Shown: positions 37,332-47,464, counted from the first letter of the stretch. The stretch: DNA of 64,000 bases from an uncultured bacterium (GCA_963977015.1 CAXBMO010000030.1:16387-80386); one strand, 5' to 3'. Notes: generated by a model from the sequence alone, not told the origin. Numbers and translations are program-made.

Positions 37332-37898
37332 ATGCGAGTCCCTGCTAAACAACGAATCCTCGACACCGCCTCACGCCTCTTTGCCGAGCGTGGATACTCC
37401 GAGGTGGGTATCAACGAAATCATCGAAAAATCAGGCACCGCGAAGGCGACCTTCTACCATCATTTTCCGTCCAAAGAAGCCCTCTGCGAAGCGTGGTTGT
37501 TGTCGATGCATGATCGCTCTGAAGTCAATCGCCAGAATATCATCAATAGCGACGGACCCGTGGCTGAAAAAGTGGTCACTTACTTCCAGGGATTGCGTGA
37601 TTACCTGAAGAATAACGAATTTAGAGGCTGTCCCTTCTCCAATACGGCGGCGGTTTGCACGGATGAAGAATCGACGCTTTGCCGCCATGTGGAGGATCAT
37701 AAACTCGGGATTCGCGACTTTTTCCGCGATTTGGCGAGCGAGTTTACGGCGACGGGGGCGCGGGCTCGGGAAATTGGCGATGTGCTCTTTGTGCTTTACT
37801 CCGGAGCGTCGGTTGAGGCCCAGAATTTGAAGGCCATGTGGCCGGTCGATGCGGCGATTCAGGCGGCTCGCGAAATTTGTGAGCGAGAGAATTGTTAG
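37332..37898 (+). CDS. TetR/AcrR family regulator, Cys-rich (NemR/YxaF-like)
   Basis: RILDTASRLF...GTAKATFYHHFPSKEAL HTH; FRGCPF. Confidence 0.92.
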   Translation: MRVPAKQRILDTASRLFAERGYSEVGINEIIEKSGTAKATFYHHFPSKEALCEAWLLSMHDRSEVNRQNIINSDGPVAEKVVTYFQGLRDYLKNNEFRGCPFSNTAAVCTDEESTLCRHVEDHKLGIRDFFRDLASEFTATGARAREIGDVLFVLYSGASVEAQNLKAMWPVDAAIQAAREICERENC

Positions 37899-37914
37899 TT
37901 TTTTTGTTTGCGAA

Positions 37915-37930
37915 CAGACAGACTGGTCTG
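37915..37930. promoter_or_regulatory. TetR operator 2 upstream of the ECF sigma gene
   Basis: CAGAC-AGACTG-GTCTG, the same AGAC-N6-GTCT palindrome as operator 1. Confidence 0.65.
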
Positions 37931-38052
37931 TATCGGTATAAGCCAAGAGCGAGATGCGCTTCCTTCTGCAAATCAGACAAAAAAAGTAACTCTGCTCTGC
38001 AATCAGCAAGCCATCTCATCCGTAATCTCAATCGATCAACCTTCCCAACCCA

Positions 38053-38658
38053 ATGAACGCAATCGCTACTCACGAGCTCGATCCATACAACTGGAACGAA
38101 AACCATCGGGACTACCTCATGCACTACGCCTTGGGCAAAGTGCGCAACCCATCCATTGCCGAAGACGTCGTCCAAGAGACCTTTCTCGCTGCCTGGAAGG
38201 CACGGAAGAAGTTTCAGGGCAAAGCGGCCGAGCGCACCTGGCTCACCCGCATCCTCTTGAACAAAATCTCCGACTTTTATCGCTCCGCCGCCCGCAAACC
38301 CAGCGTGATGATGAGCCAACTCGACATTGATGCCGACGAAAACGACGCGCTCGATGCCATCAACTACGCTCAAAACGGCGACCAGAGTCCGGCCCATGAG
38401 CAACCGGCGCGCGCCGCTGAAAACGCGGAATTCGTCGAAATGGTCGAGACGGCCCTCGGAAACATCCCGGGACCAGCCGCTGAAGCCTTCCGGATGCGCG
38501 AACTCCAGGGGCTTTCGACCGAAGACATCACCAGCAAACTCGGGATCAGCCGCAATCACCTTTGGGTGCTGATTCACCGCGCCAAAAAGGCGTTGCGCGA
38601 CCAACTGAGTTCCATTTGGGAACCGACCGTGGTGATGCGTCCTTGCCCGGGTTGCTAA
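38053..38658 (+). CDS. ECF sigma-70 factor (TIGR02943-like) with C-terminal CPGC
   Basis: AEDVVQETFLAA, ERTWLTRILLNKISD, AFRMRELQGLSTEDI...NHLWVLIHRA. Confidence 0.92.
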   Translation: MNAIATHELDPYNWNENHRDYLMHYALGKVRNPSIAEDVVQETFLAAWKARKKFQGKAAERTWLTRILLNKISDFYRSAARKPSVMMSQLDIDADENDALDAINYAQNGDQSPAHEQPARAAENAEFVEMVETALGNIPGPAAEAFRMRELQGLSTEDITSKLGISRNHLWVLIHRAKKALRDQLSSIWEPTVVMRPCPGC

Positions 38659-38716
38659 ATCCGATTTCTACCTCCCCAACCGAAAGGAATCGTCTGTTTT
38701 GGTCGTGATCCGTGTG

Positions 38717-41134
38717 ATGACCAAACAGGCGATTTCTCTTTTACTGATTCTCGTTTTTGGGGCCGTGGCCCGCGGGGCGGATTCGCCGGATTTCGATCGC
38801 GATGTCGCCCCATTTTTCGAGCAGCATTGTGTTCGTTGTCACGGGGAAAAGAGGCAGAAGGGCGATTTTCGGATCGATACGCTTTCCAAGGATGTTGGGA
38901 CGGGGCACTCGGTCAATCATTGGCTCGAGGTGATTGAGAAGATCAACTCTGCGGAAATGCCGCCGGATGATGAGCCGGAATTGCCGACTGCGGAAGAAGC
39001 TTCCGCCATCACGGAATGGCTCGCGGCTCGCATCGACGAGGGCGAGGCGGTGCGATTGGCGACGCGGGAGGCGGTTTCGTTTCACCGGCTGAGCCGGGAG
39101 GAATACGCCAACACGGTTTACGACCTTCTCGGCGTCAATTTCGACGTCACCGATCCCACCGGCTTGACCGAGGATTCCATCTGGCACGGGTTCGAGCGAA
39201 TTGGTTCGGTCCTGTCGCTTTCCGCCTCGCACGTGGAGAAATACTTCGCGGCGGCGGAGACGATCCTGGCGGAAGCCTATCCCGAAAAACCGACGGAACC
39301 GTTCCTGGTTCGGAAAAAGGCGCTGGATTTGCGGGGCGGGCCGAGCAAGGAGCAGATTGCGAAGTTGGAGGAGCAGGGGATCGCAGACAAGGTGCGCGTC
39401 GACATGTGGCCGGGTCACAACCTTCAAGGCGGCCGCCCGGGACCGGGAAAACGCTTCGAAGTCGGTGGTGAATTCAAGGTGCGCCTCCAGGTGAGCGGAT
39501 TGAAGCCGAAAGGCGGGCGCGCGCCGCATCTCAAGTTTTACGCCGACAAGCTGGACCGCATTCTTTACGAACAGGACATTCTCGCGCCGGAAGACGAGCC
39601 GGTCGTGATCGAGTTTCAAACCCATCTTCCGGCAGGAAGTCACTCGTTTCGGGTGGTGAACGACGTCCCGGGACCATCGATTCTGCCACGTTCGGGGCGT
39701 CCCGGGCGCAAACCCTTTTTCAGCCTGGCAGAGGGCCGGATTCCCTGGCAGTTGAAGCTGACCGACGAAGAAGGCGTTCCGCTGTATCCGTTCCTGATTC
39801 TGGATTGGATCGAATGGGAAGGGCCGATCATTACCGACGACGCCAAAGCCAGGCGCGATGGTTATGTGGCAATGGATGGTAAAACGGCCGACCAGGCCCG
39901 GGCCGGGCTCGAGAAATTCGCAAAACGCGCCTTTCGACGCCCACCAACCGAGGCCGAGATCACCAAATATCTGGAGCTGATCGACTCCGAAATCGAAGCT
40001 GGTTCCGATTTCGTCTCCGCCGTGAAAACCGCGATGCTCGGAATCCTCTGTTCGAAGGATTTTCTCTACATCGTGGAGGGCTCGACCACCGATCAATCCG
40101 GAACGATCAACGATTGGGAGTTGGCGACTCGGCTCGCCTATTTTCTTTGGAGCACGATGCCAGATGAGGAGCTGTTTGCCTTGGCTGAGGCGGGAACGCT
40201 CCACGAAACCGGGATTCTCCAGGGCCAGGTCGCCCGAATGCTTGATGATCCCAAAGCCAGGCGCTTTGCCGAGGGATTTCCGCGCCAATGGTTTCAGCTT
40301 CAGAAGGTTGGAATGTTCACGCCCGACTCCAAACTGTATCCGGAATACGACAAGTATCTGGAGCGCAGCATGATTCGCGAGACGACCGCTTTCTTTGCCG
40401 AGGTGTTGGAGAAGAATCTCAGCCTGAAGGAGTTTCTCGATTCCGATTGGACGATGATGAATCCGCGATTGGCGATGCACTACGGGTTGCCGCAGCCGGA
40501 TCAGGATGTCTTTCAGCGCGTCTCGTTGTTGCCCGAGCACAACCGGGGCGGAATCCTGACTCAGGCGTCGATTCTCTCGCTCACGTCCGATGGAACCCGC
40601 CATCGCCCGGTTCACCGCGGTGTTTGGGTCATGGAATCGATCTTCGGCAAATCACCTCCGCCCCCGCCCGCCAACGTCGATCCGATCGAACCGAATCCGG
40701 TGGATTCGCCCAAAGCGACGGTTCGCATGAAGCTGGAAGCGCACAAGGCCGACCCCAATTGCGCGTCCTGTCATCAGAAGATCGATCCGCTCGGAATCGC
40801 GTTCGACAACTACGACGCGATTGGTCGCTGGCGCGAAGTCGAGAAGGTTCAAAACGGAGTCGGTGACGATCCCAAAGTCGATGCGAGCGGCGAGCTGGCC
40901 GACGGACGTGCGTTCACGGGACCGGAGGAATTCAAGGCGTTGCTTGAGGCGGACCTAGATGCCTTCAACGCGACGTTCGTGAAGAAGATGGCCACCTATG
41001 CGCTGCGCCGAACCATGTCGGTCGACGACCGGTCTGACCTGGCGAATATCGCGGAATCGAGCAAGGAATCCGGATACCGGCTGCGTTCCGCGGTTGAAGC
41101 GTTTGTGCTCTCGGATCTCTTTCAGACGCGTTAG
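38717..41134 (+). CDS. DUF1592-family planctomycete cytochrome c protein
   Basis: CVRCH, RLSREEYANTVYDLLG, FAKRAFRRP, ELATRLAYFLWSTMPD, RGGILTQ, CASCH...IDPLG. Confidence 0.93.
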   Translation: MTKQAISLLLILVFGAVARGADSPDFDRDVAPFFEQHCVRCHGEKRQKGDFRIDTLSKDVGTGHSVNHWLEVIEKINSAEMPPDDEPELPTAEEASAITEWLAARIDEGEAVRLATREAVSFHRLSREEYANTVYDLLGVNFDVTDPTGLTEDSIWHGFERIGSVLSLSASHVEKYFAAAETILAEAYPEKPTEPFLVRKKALDLRGGPSKEQIAKLEEQGIADKVRVDMWPGHNLQGGRPGPGKRFEVGGEFKVRLQVSGLKPKGGRAPHLKFYADKLDRILYEQDILAPEDEPVVIEFQTHLPAGSHSFRVVNDVPGPSILPRSGRPGRKPFFSLAEGRIPWQLKLTDEEGVPLYPFLILDWIEWEGPIITDDAKARRDGYVAMDGKTADQARAGLEKFAKRAFRRPPTEAEITKYLELIDSEIEAGSDFVSAVKTAMLGILCSKDFLYIVEGSTTDQSGTINDWELATRLAYFLWSTMPDEELFALAEAGTLHETGILQGQVARMLDDPKARRFAEGFPRQWFQLQKVGMFTPDSKLYPEYDKYLERSMIRETTAFFAEVLEKNLSLKEFLDSDWTMMNPRLAMHYGLPQPDQDVFQRVSLLPEHNRGGILTQASILSLTSDGTRHRPVHRGVWVMESIFGKSPPPPPANVDPIEPNPVDSPKATVRMKLEAHKADPNCASCHQKIDPLGIAFDNYDAIGRWREVEKVQNGVGDDPKVDASGELADGRAFTGPEEFKALLEADLDAFNATFVKKMATYALRRTMSVDDRSDLANIAESSKESGYRLRSAVEAFVLSDLFQTR

Positions 41135-43282
41135 TTAGAACCGGACAAGACCGCCGTGGGCGGCTTCGTCACCGAGCCCGCTCGCCTCTTCGTTGGATAA
41201 CGCGCGGTCGAATACGGCGATTTCATCGAGTCGGCCTTCCCAACCGTCCTGTCCATCGCTACGTCCTCCAACAAACAGGTCGCGTGATCGGGGCATGAGG
41301 ATTTTCGCGGTGAATTCGAGTTTTCCGTTGAGGTAAACGTTGGCCTCTTTTTCTCCGACGGTGAGGATCACATGCGTCCAGTTCCAGCGGGCTACGGTAG
41401 TGCTGCCGGTTGCCAGTTCTTTCCCTTGGGCGTGGAGGGTGAGTTTGCCTTGTGAATTGACTCCAAGATGAAGCCCACTTGAGGTAAGCCCATGATGCTC
41501 GTCGCACGAAACCAGCCATCCGAGAATTTCGCGAGACTCATTCGGCATTCCATTCCAGACACTCAAGGCGATGCTCCATCCGGAACCAACGGTGTTGGGA
41601 AGGCGGGAATGGAGTCGACCGCCGGCAAAGTGAGCTGAACGGTTCCCTTCCACCTCCGGAATGATCCCCGGTCCGGAACCGGGCCAATCAGCTTCGGGGA
41701 TTGGACTGCAATACCCACGGGGACCTGTTAGAAACGGCAGGATCGGTTGTTCCAGCGTCGCGGAACGCTCATTCCCACTCGAATCGCGCGCCAGGTTCCC
41801 ACCAAACTCATCCATCCGCCACCAGGCGATCGGCTTGAGCGCGACGAGAGCTTTCGCGGCCGCGCCTCCCTGACTTTGTTCGTAAGCCTTGCGCGGTTCA
41901 CCCGTGATCTCCTCCAGCAGCTCCAACCCAGCTCCCACGATCTTTGGCTCGGCCATTACCTCCAGCCCCGCCGAACGCGCGGCCCACGTGTTGTAGCCGC
42001 CGAGAAGATGTTGCTCCGGTGGCGGGATGTAGCCGTCCGCGCCATTGGTCAGATCCAGCGTCATGGTGTGAGCCGTCGGGCTCTGGAGTTTGAGTTTCAG
42101 TCCCGAGATCGCGTAAGTCTCGTTCGGCGTCGTCACGATGCTGATATGGTCGCCAATTCGCAGCGCCTGAACCACGACGTCGGTGCGCTGCAACTTGTGG
42201 AGCTCGATCGCCTCGTTCGCGTAAACCTCGGTTCGCGTTTTGGGATCGCGATCGCCCATTTCCGCCACGATGCGTTCGGCCCATTCGAGTCGTTGCTTGG
42301 TCGGGACGCGGTAGGCCAGGTCGAGCCGTCGCTCCGCCATCCTGAGATCGACATCGCTTTGAAAATCGGACGAACCCGCCGCGCCCAAAATCAGGTCGCC
42401 TAGCGCTTTACTGTAGGTCTCGATTTCAGGTGAAACCCAGTTTTTATCGCGGTAGTCGCGCCGCCAGATGTCGCCGCTGCAGCCGTGTGACATGAGCGCC
42501 AATCCGCCGCCGAGTTGTTCCTCGATGTGATCGCAAAAGAGACCGAAGTAATCGGGGTTCACCGCTTTCACTCCACTAAAATAATGCATGCTGAAGTTGG
42601 CGAGAAAGGCGATGGGCTTCCCGTCGGTTGATTGAATCACTATCGCGGAAAGCTCCGGATCGAGAGGCCCGGATTCGCCGGTCACGTCGTCGAGATTCTT
42701 CGCGGCGTGCATGTTGGCGCGAACCGTCAAGTTTCCGAACGGATCCTCGCGCACCCGATCCGGCCGCAGCACCCATCGGCGGAGCGCGGTGTATTCGGCC
42801 GCGTCGGTTGAGGCCCAGCCAACTTGGGCGGGTTGCAGTTGGGAAGCCGCTTCCGTGATCGCTTCCGCCAGTTGCTCAATGAGCTGGGCGGAATACTTCA
42901 AATCCTGACGCGTGCCGAGACAACCGAACGAAGATGGTGCCGTGTGAGTGTGGGTTGCGGCAATCAGCATGTGATCCGGCGCGATGCCGGTGCGTTCCGA
43001 CGCCAGCGCCTTGGCTTTGTCGAGCAAGGGACGCGGCATCATGCAACTGTCGGCGACGACGATGGCCAGCTTCGTCGCGCCATCACTGAGAACGATCGCG
43101 CGAGCGTGAATCGGCTTGGTCGCGGATTCCGCCGAGCGACTCGTCATCCCGCCATTCACGAGCACCGGCCATGCCCGGGGCGTGATATCGATCTTGGCGG
43201 TGCCTGCCTGGAATTCGGCAAAAGCAGGGACGGCCAAACACAGAGAGCAAAGCGCCAGCAACCGGCGCAGAAGGGGTTTCAT
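41135..43282 (-). CDS. Secreted neutral ceramidase-like hydrolase with a C-terminal LamG domain
   Basis: AGTAKIDITP, ARAIVL, IAATHTHTAP, NFSMHY, GCSGDI, GYIP; LamG motifs WWRMDE...GRLDEIAVFDRALS. Confidence 0.88.
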   Translation of the reverse strand: MKPLLRRLLALCSLCLAVPAFAEFQAGTAKIDITPRAWPVLVNGGMTSRSAESATKPIHARAIVLSDGATKLAIVVADSCMMPRPLLDKAKALASERTGIAPDHMLIAATHTHTAPSSFGCLGTRQDLKYSAQLIEQLAEAITEAASQLQPAQVGWASTDAAEYTALRRWVLRPDRVREDPFGNLTVRANMHAAKNLDDVTGESGPLDPELSAIVIQSTDGKPIAFLANFSMHYFSGVKAVNPDYFGLFCDHIEEQLGGGLALMSHGCSGDIWRRDYRDKNWVSPEIETYSKALGDLILGAAGSSDFQSDVDLRMAERRLDLAYRVPTKQRLEWAERIVAEMGDRDPKTRTEVYANEAIELHKLQRTDVVVQALRIGDHISIVTTPNETYAISGLKLKLQSPTAHTMTLDLTNGADGYIPPPEQHLLGGYNTWAARSAGLEVMAEPKIVGAGLELLEEITGEPRKAYEQSQGGAAAKALVALKPIAWWRMDEFGGNLARDSSGNERSATLEQPILPFLTGPRGYCSPIPEADWPGSGPGIIPEVEGNRSAHFAGGRLHSRLPNTVGSGWSIALSVWNGMPNESREILGWLVSCDEHHGLTSSGLHLGVNSQGKLTLHAQGKELATGSTTVARWNWTHVILTVGEKEANVYLNGKLEFTAKILMPRSRDLFVGGRSDGQDGWEGRLDEIAVFDRALSNEEASGLGDEAAHGGLVRF

Positions 43283-43330
43283 GGAGCAAGCTTCGGAAAT
43301 CGATGCCGCGAACGCCAGCCCAAATGTCGC

Positions 43331-44296
43331 CTAAATCACCGGCTCGTTCAGCGGTGTGAGCGGGCGTTCGCCCAAAAGGACGCGTCGCACATTTTCGGCT
43401 GCGGTCAGGCGGGCGACCTTCCGGGCTTCGCGGGTCGCGCCGCCGAGATGAGGCGTCAGCACGACGTTCTCCATCGTCAACAACTCCGGGTGAACCTCCG
43501 GCTCGTGCTCAAACACATCGAGCCCCGCTCCGCCCAACTGACCCGACTTCAGCGCGTCCACCAGCGCCGTTTCATGAACCACCGGCCCACGAGCCAGGTT
43601 CACCAGAAACGCTCCCCGCTTCATCATCGCCAACGCATCGGCATCGATCAGGTGACGCGTTTCCGGCGTCAAGGGCGTGTGGAGGCTCACGATGTCCGCT
43701 TCGGCAAGAAGATCGCCCAGGATACGATACCCGCAGCCGTCATCGGGCGTGCGGCGATGGTAAATCACTTTCATCCCAAACGCCTCAGCGCGTTGTGCGA
43801 CCGCCTTGCCAATCGCGCCGAACCCAACGATCCCGAGCGTCTTTCCGCGCAATTCCATCCCTTCCCAATTCTGGGTCACAATGCCTTTTGCCGCCCAGTC
43901 GCCGGAGCGCACAAACTGATCGCCCGTAACGGTCTTCCGCGCCAAACCCAGGATCAGGGCAAACGCGGCATCGGCCGTCGCGTCGACGAACGCGTCCGGC
44001 GTATTCGTCCCCCAAATTCCATGCTCGGCCATCGCCTCGAGCGGCAGATTGTTGAACCCCGCCGCCGTATTCGCCAGCACGCGCAGGCTCGGGAACTCTG
44101 CCAGTCGTGCCGGATCGATCTTCAACTCACCGGGAATGATCGCGCCAGCGGCTGAGTGCTCCTGGATCGTGGTCGCCAACTCCTCAAACGTCATCACATT
44201 GGCGTGATCGGGCTGGATGATGTGGGCCACGTCGTGCAACGGCTCAAGATAGTCGTCAGGTACACGGACGGCATTGATCACGGTGGGTTGGCTCAT
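43331..44296 (-). CDS. D-2-hydroxyacid dehydrogenase (glyoxylate/hydroxypyruvate reductase-like)
   Basis: TNTPD, LGIVGFGAIG, SLHTPLTPETRHLI, NLARG, LDVFEHEP, TPHLG; ATGA overlap with queC. Confidence 0.92.
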   Translation of the reverse strand: MSQPTVINAVRVPDDYLEPLHDVAHIIQPDHANVMTFEELATTIQEHSAAGAIIPGELKIDPARLAEFPSLRVLANTAAGFNNLPLEAMAEHGIWGTNTPDAFVDATADAAFALILGLARKTVTGDQFVRSGDWAAKGIVTQNWEGMELRGKTLGIVGFGAIGKAVAQRAEAFGMKVIYHRRTPDDGCGYRILGDLLAEADIVSLHTPLTPETRHLIDADALAMMKRGAFLVNLARGPVVHETALVDALKSGQLGGAGLDVFEHEPEVHPELLTMENVVLTPHLGGATREARKVARLTAAENVRRVLLGERPLTPLNEPVI

Positions 44297-44952
44297 GGGG
44301 AAAGGTAGGTCGTGGGGTCGGGGACGCCGGAAAGGGTGAACGCCTCGATTCGCTCCACGCAGGTGCCGCACGTTCCGCAATGGATCTCGCCGCCCTTGTA
44401 GCACGACCAGGTTTGCGCGAAGTCGACGCCCAGTTCCGCCCCGCGCGCTGCGATCGCCGTCTTATCCATCGCGATGAACGGACGCAACAGTTCGATCTCC
44501 GCATACGTTCCCGTCCGCATCGCCTGCGCCATGCCCTCCATGAACGGTTCCCGGCAATCCGGATAGATGGTGTGATCGCCGGAATGCGCTGCGATGACGA
44601 GTCCCTCCGCCTCCCGGCTTTCGGCAAAGCCACACGCGATCGACAGCATGATCCCGTTGCGAAACGGAACCACGGTCCGCTTCATGCTCGCCTCCTCATA
44701 GTGACCGTCCGGGACCTCGCCGCCGGACTTCAACAGGTCCGACGCGAACAATTCGTTCATGAAACCCAGCTCGATCACCTCATGCGCCACGCCCAGCTTC
44801 TCCGCGTGATGGCTGGCAAAGGGAATCTCACGGGCATTGTGCTTTGAGCCGTAATCAAAGCTCAAGGTCGCTGCGATTTCGTGCGTTTCCGCCGCATCAT
44901 AAAGCGCCGTCACCGAATCCATTCCGCCACTCAAGAGGACAACGACTTTCAT
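44293..44952 (-). CDS. queC: 7-cyano-7-deazaguanine synthase
   Basis: LLSGGMDS, FDYGSKH, VPFRN, YPDCR, TWSCYKGG..HCGTCGTC. Confidence 0.96.
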   Translation of the reverse strand: MKVVVLLSGGMDSVTALYDAAETHEIAATLSFDYGSKHNAREIPFASHHAEKLGVAHEVIELGFMNELFASDLLKSGGEVPDGHYEEASMKRTVVPFRNGIMLSIACGFAESREAEGLVIAAHSGDHTIYPDCREPFMEGMAQAMRTGTYAEIELLRPFIAMDKTAIAARGAELGVDFAQTWSCYKGGEIHCGTCGTCVERIEAFTLSGVPDPTTYLSP

Positions 44953-44955
44953 GGG

Positions 44956-45369
44956 TTAATCGGGTTCGGGATACGTCACTTCGACGGAAAGGCTGATGCC
45001 GCCACGCGCCGCAAACTGGCCAAACACCTCCAGCTTCTGCGGTTGGCACACCGCCATGAGATCATCCGCGATGCGATTGACAATTTCCTCGTTAAACGCC
45101 GCCGTGTGGCGAAATGACGCCAGGTAATACTTGAGCGACTTCGTCTCGACGCACAGCTCGCCCGGAATGTAGGCAATCTGCAACTGCGCGTAATCCGGCT
45201 GCCCCGTCACCGGGCAATGGGAGCTGAACTCCGCGCAATCCAGCTTGATCCAATACTTCCGGTGCGGCGAATGATTCGCAAACGTCTCCAGAATTTCCGC
45301 GCTCGGCGACTGCGGCAAATCCGAGGAACTCCCCAGCAACTTCAGGTCAGGCTTTTCGGCATCAGGCAT
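44956..45369 (-). CDS. queF: NADPH-dependent preQ0 reductase (type I)
   Basis: EFSSHCPVTGQPDYA, VETKSLKYYLASFR, ARGGI. Confidence 0.95.
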   Translation of the reverse strand: MPDAEKPDLKLLGSSSDLPQSPSAEILETFANHSPHRKYWIKLDCAEFSSHCPVTGQPDYAQLQIAYIPGELCVETKSLKYYLASFRHTAAFNEEIVNRIADDLMAVCQPQKLEVFGQFAARGGISLSVEVTYPEPD

Positions 45370-45456
45370 TGGGGGACTCTAGGGTGGGGGAACCCGGAAT
45401 TCAAATCCCCGGCGCATCGGAATCTCGCGTTGCCAGCGACCCTCGGTTCCCGTTTC

Positions 45457-45677
45457 GCGTCGCAGAGCGACGAAGCATGGTAGGCGTGGGTTTCAACCCA
45501 CGTTCGGGATGATGGTTCCACGGCGTCGCGTCAGCGACTGCTCATCTGGAGAATGTTGATTAGCGCGATTCGCGTTGCTTTCAGAGCTGAGCAGTCGCTG
45601 ACGCGACGCCGGTTCTCTTACGCTTTAACCGTGGGCTAAAGCCGCACGGCTATCATGAGCGGTCGCTAAACGCGACG
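45457..45677. repeat. Nested REP/REPIN-like palindromic element
   Basis: GTAGGCGTGGGTTTCAACCCACG...CCGTGGGCTAAAGCCGCACGGCTAT outer arms; inner GGCGTCGCGTCAGCGACTGCTCA / TGAGCAGTCGCTGACGCGACGCC inverted repeat. Confidence 0.85.
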
Positions 45678-45704
45678 ACCGCGGCGCTACGGCTGCTATA
45701 CCTA

Positions 45705-46742
45705 TTACAACGCTTCCGCGGCGTCGAGGATGACGCGTTCGGTCGTTTTCCAGTCGATGCAGGCGTCGGTGATGGATTGGCCGTAGTTGAGGCTCTCGGC
45801 GCTGGGGAATTTCTGGTTTCCGGCTTTGAGGTTGCTCTCCATCATGATGGCGGTGATGGAGCGGTTGCCCTTGGCGCGTTGGGCAAGGATGTCTTCGAGA
45901 ACGGCGGGTTGGCGGTTGTGATCCTTGTCGCTGTTGCCGTGACTGCAGTCGATCATCATGGTTTGGGGAAGACCGGCTTTTTCAAGGCGTTCTTCGGTTT
46001 CGGCGACGTGTTGGGCCGAGTAGTTGGGGCCGTTGGAGCCGCCGCGCAGAATGATGTGGCAATGGGGATTGCCGCTGGTGCGAACGGAGGAGGCGGTGCC
46101 TTGTGAGCTGATGCCGAGAAAGGTTTGCGGCTGGGTCGCAGCGAGAATCGCGTTGATGGCGGGCGCGAGCGAACCGGGCGTTGAGTTCTTGAAGCCGACC
46201 GGCATGGAGAGACCGGAGGCCATCTGGCGGTGGGTCTGGGACTCGGTGGTGCGCGCGCCAATGGCCGACCAACAGATGAAGTCGGCGATGTATTGCGGCG
46301 TAATCGGGTCGAGCAACTCAGTTGCCGTCGGCATCCCGAGATCGATCAATTCGCGTAGAAACTGGCGCGCCTGGCGCAGGCCTTCGGGAATGTCGTCCGT
46401 GCCGTCGAGATGGGGATCCATGATGAGCCCTTTCCAGCCGAGCGTGGTGCGGGGCTTCTCGAAATAGGCGCGCATGACGATGTAGACCTTCTCGTTGACC
46501 TTTTCAGCCAAATCGCGCAGGCGTTCGGCATACTCCAGGCCAGCCTTGGTATCGTGAATCGAGCAGGGGCCGACGACGAAGAGGAGCCGGGGATCGCGGC
46601 GATAGAGGATTTCTGCAATGTGTTGCCGCGACTGGGAAACAAATGCGGCCTGGGCCTCGTTGCGTGGAATTTCCTCGAGGAATTCCCCGGGAGTCGGAAG
46701 TGGGATGTTGGCCTCGATATGGAGATCAGTGACGTCCTTCAT
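45705..46742 (-). CDS. Class I DAHP synthase (AroF/AroG/AroH type)
   Basis: VGPCSIHD, RAYFEKPRTTLGWKG, IGARTTESQTHR, GFKN, IDCSHGNS, YGQSITDAC. Confidence 0.96.
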   Translation of the reverse strand: MKDVTDLHIEANIPLPTPGEFLEEIPRNEAQAAFVSQSRQHIAEILYRRDPRLLFVVGPCSIHDTKAGLEYAERLRDLAEKVNEKVYIVMRAYFEKPRTTLGWKGLIMDPHLDGTDDIPEGLRQARQFLRELIDLGMPTATELLDPITPQYIADFICWSAIGARTTESQTHRQMASGLSMPVGFKNSTPGSLAPAINAILAATQPQTFLGISSQGTASSVRTSGNPHCHIILRGGSNGPNYSAQHVAETEERLEKAGLPQTMMIDCSHGNSDKDHNRQPAVLEDILAQRAKGNRSITAIMMESNLKAGNQKFPSAESLNYGQSITDACIDWKTTERVILDAAEAL

Positions 46743-46831
46743 GGAACGGAGAACATAGCGCACCCTCAGAGATTTCCAATCTCCGTGTCGTTCTGATTGT
46801 CGATCAAGGGTGGGCAGGCGGCTTTGGGGGC

Positions 46832-47464
46832 TTAGAGAGGCTTGACTTTGATACTCTTAAAGTGGACTTCGCTGCCAGGATCGTGGCACTGGATGGCGAT
46901 GGTGCCGCTGCTGAGCTTGCGATCAAACGGTCCTTCGATCACCGGGCCACCTTCGGGCTCGGTGTAATCAACCGTGGTTTCGCCATTCACTTTGATGATG
47001 ATCCGGCTGCCTTTGACGATGATGTGATACTCGAACCACTCGTTGTCCTTGTGAGGGGCGATATCCATCACGTTTTCAACCGCGTAGAGGCTGCCGGTCT
47101 TCTTGGGATCCTTGTGAGTGGCGTTGATTTGAGCTTCGTAACCTTTTTTGGGCCAGCCTTCGTCCTGAAATTCGGTGTGGAAGTAGAAGCCGGCGTTGGC
47201 GCTTGGCTTCGTCAGGATGACGAGCTTGGCTTCAAAGTCGGTGAACTTGGCGCCGCCAACCGAGCCGACGTAAAAAAGGTGCGAGCGTTCGCCGAGAGCC
47301 ACCAGTTCCCCGTCGACGACTTTAAAGGAGTCAGGATTCTCGTTCACCTTCCATCCCGTCAGATCCTTGCCGTTCAGCAACTCGTGAAAGCCGTCTTCGT
47401 CTTGAGCGGTGAGGAGAGCGGCGGAGGAAAGGAAGAGCGCAACGAGGGTTTTTAGCGATTTCAT
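46832..47464 (-). CDS. Secreted DUF1080 protein
   Basis: Signal peptide; LNGKDLTGW, ANAGFYF, GYEAQI, GTIAIQCHDPGS. Confidence 0.9.
   Translation of the reverse strand: MKSLKTLVALFLSSAALLTAQDEDGFHELLNGKDLTGWKVNENPDSFKVVDGELVALGERSHLFYVGSVGGAKFTDFEAKLVILTKPSANAGFYFHTEFQDEGWPKKGYEAQINATHKDPKKTGSLYAVENVMDIAPHKDNEWFEYHIIVKGSRIIIKVNGETTVDYTEPEGGPVIEGPFDRKLSSGTIAIQCHDPGSEVHFKSIKVKPL

Noticed and set aside
45370-45456. preQ1 riboswitch upstream of queF-queC
   Set aside because: No preQ1 consensus stem or A-rich tail; the promoter position implies a leaderless transcript
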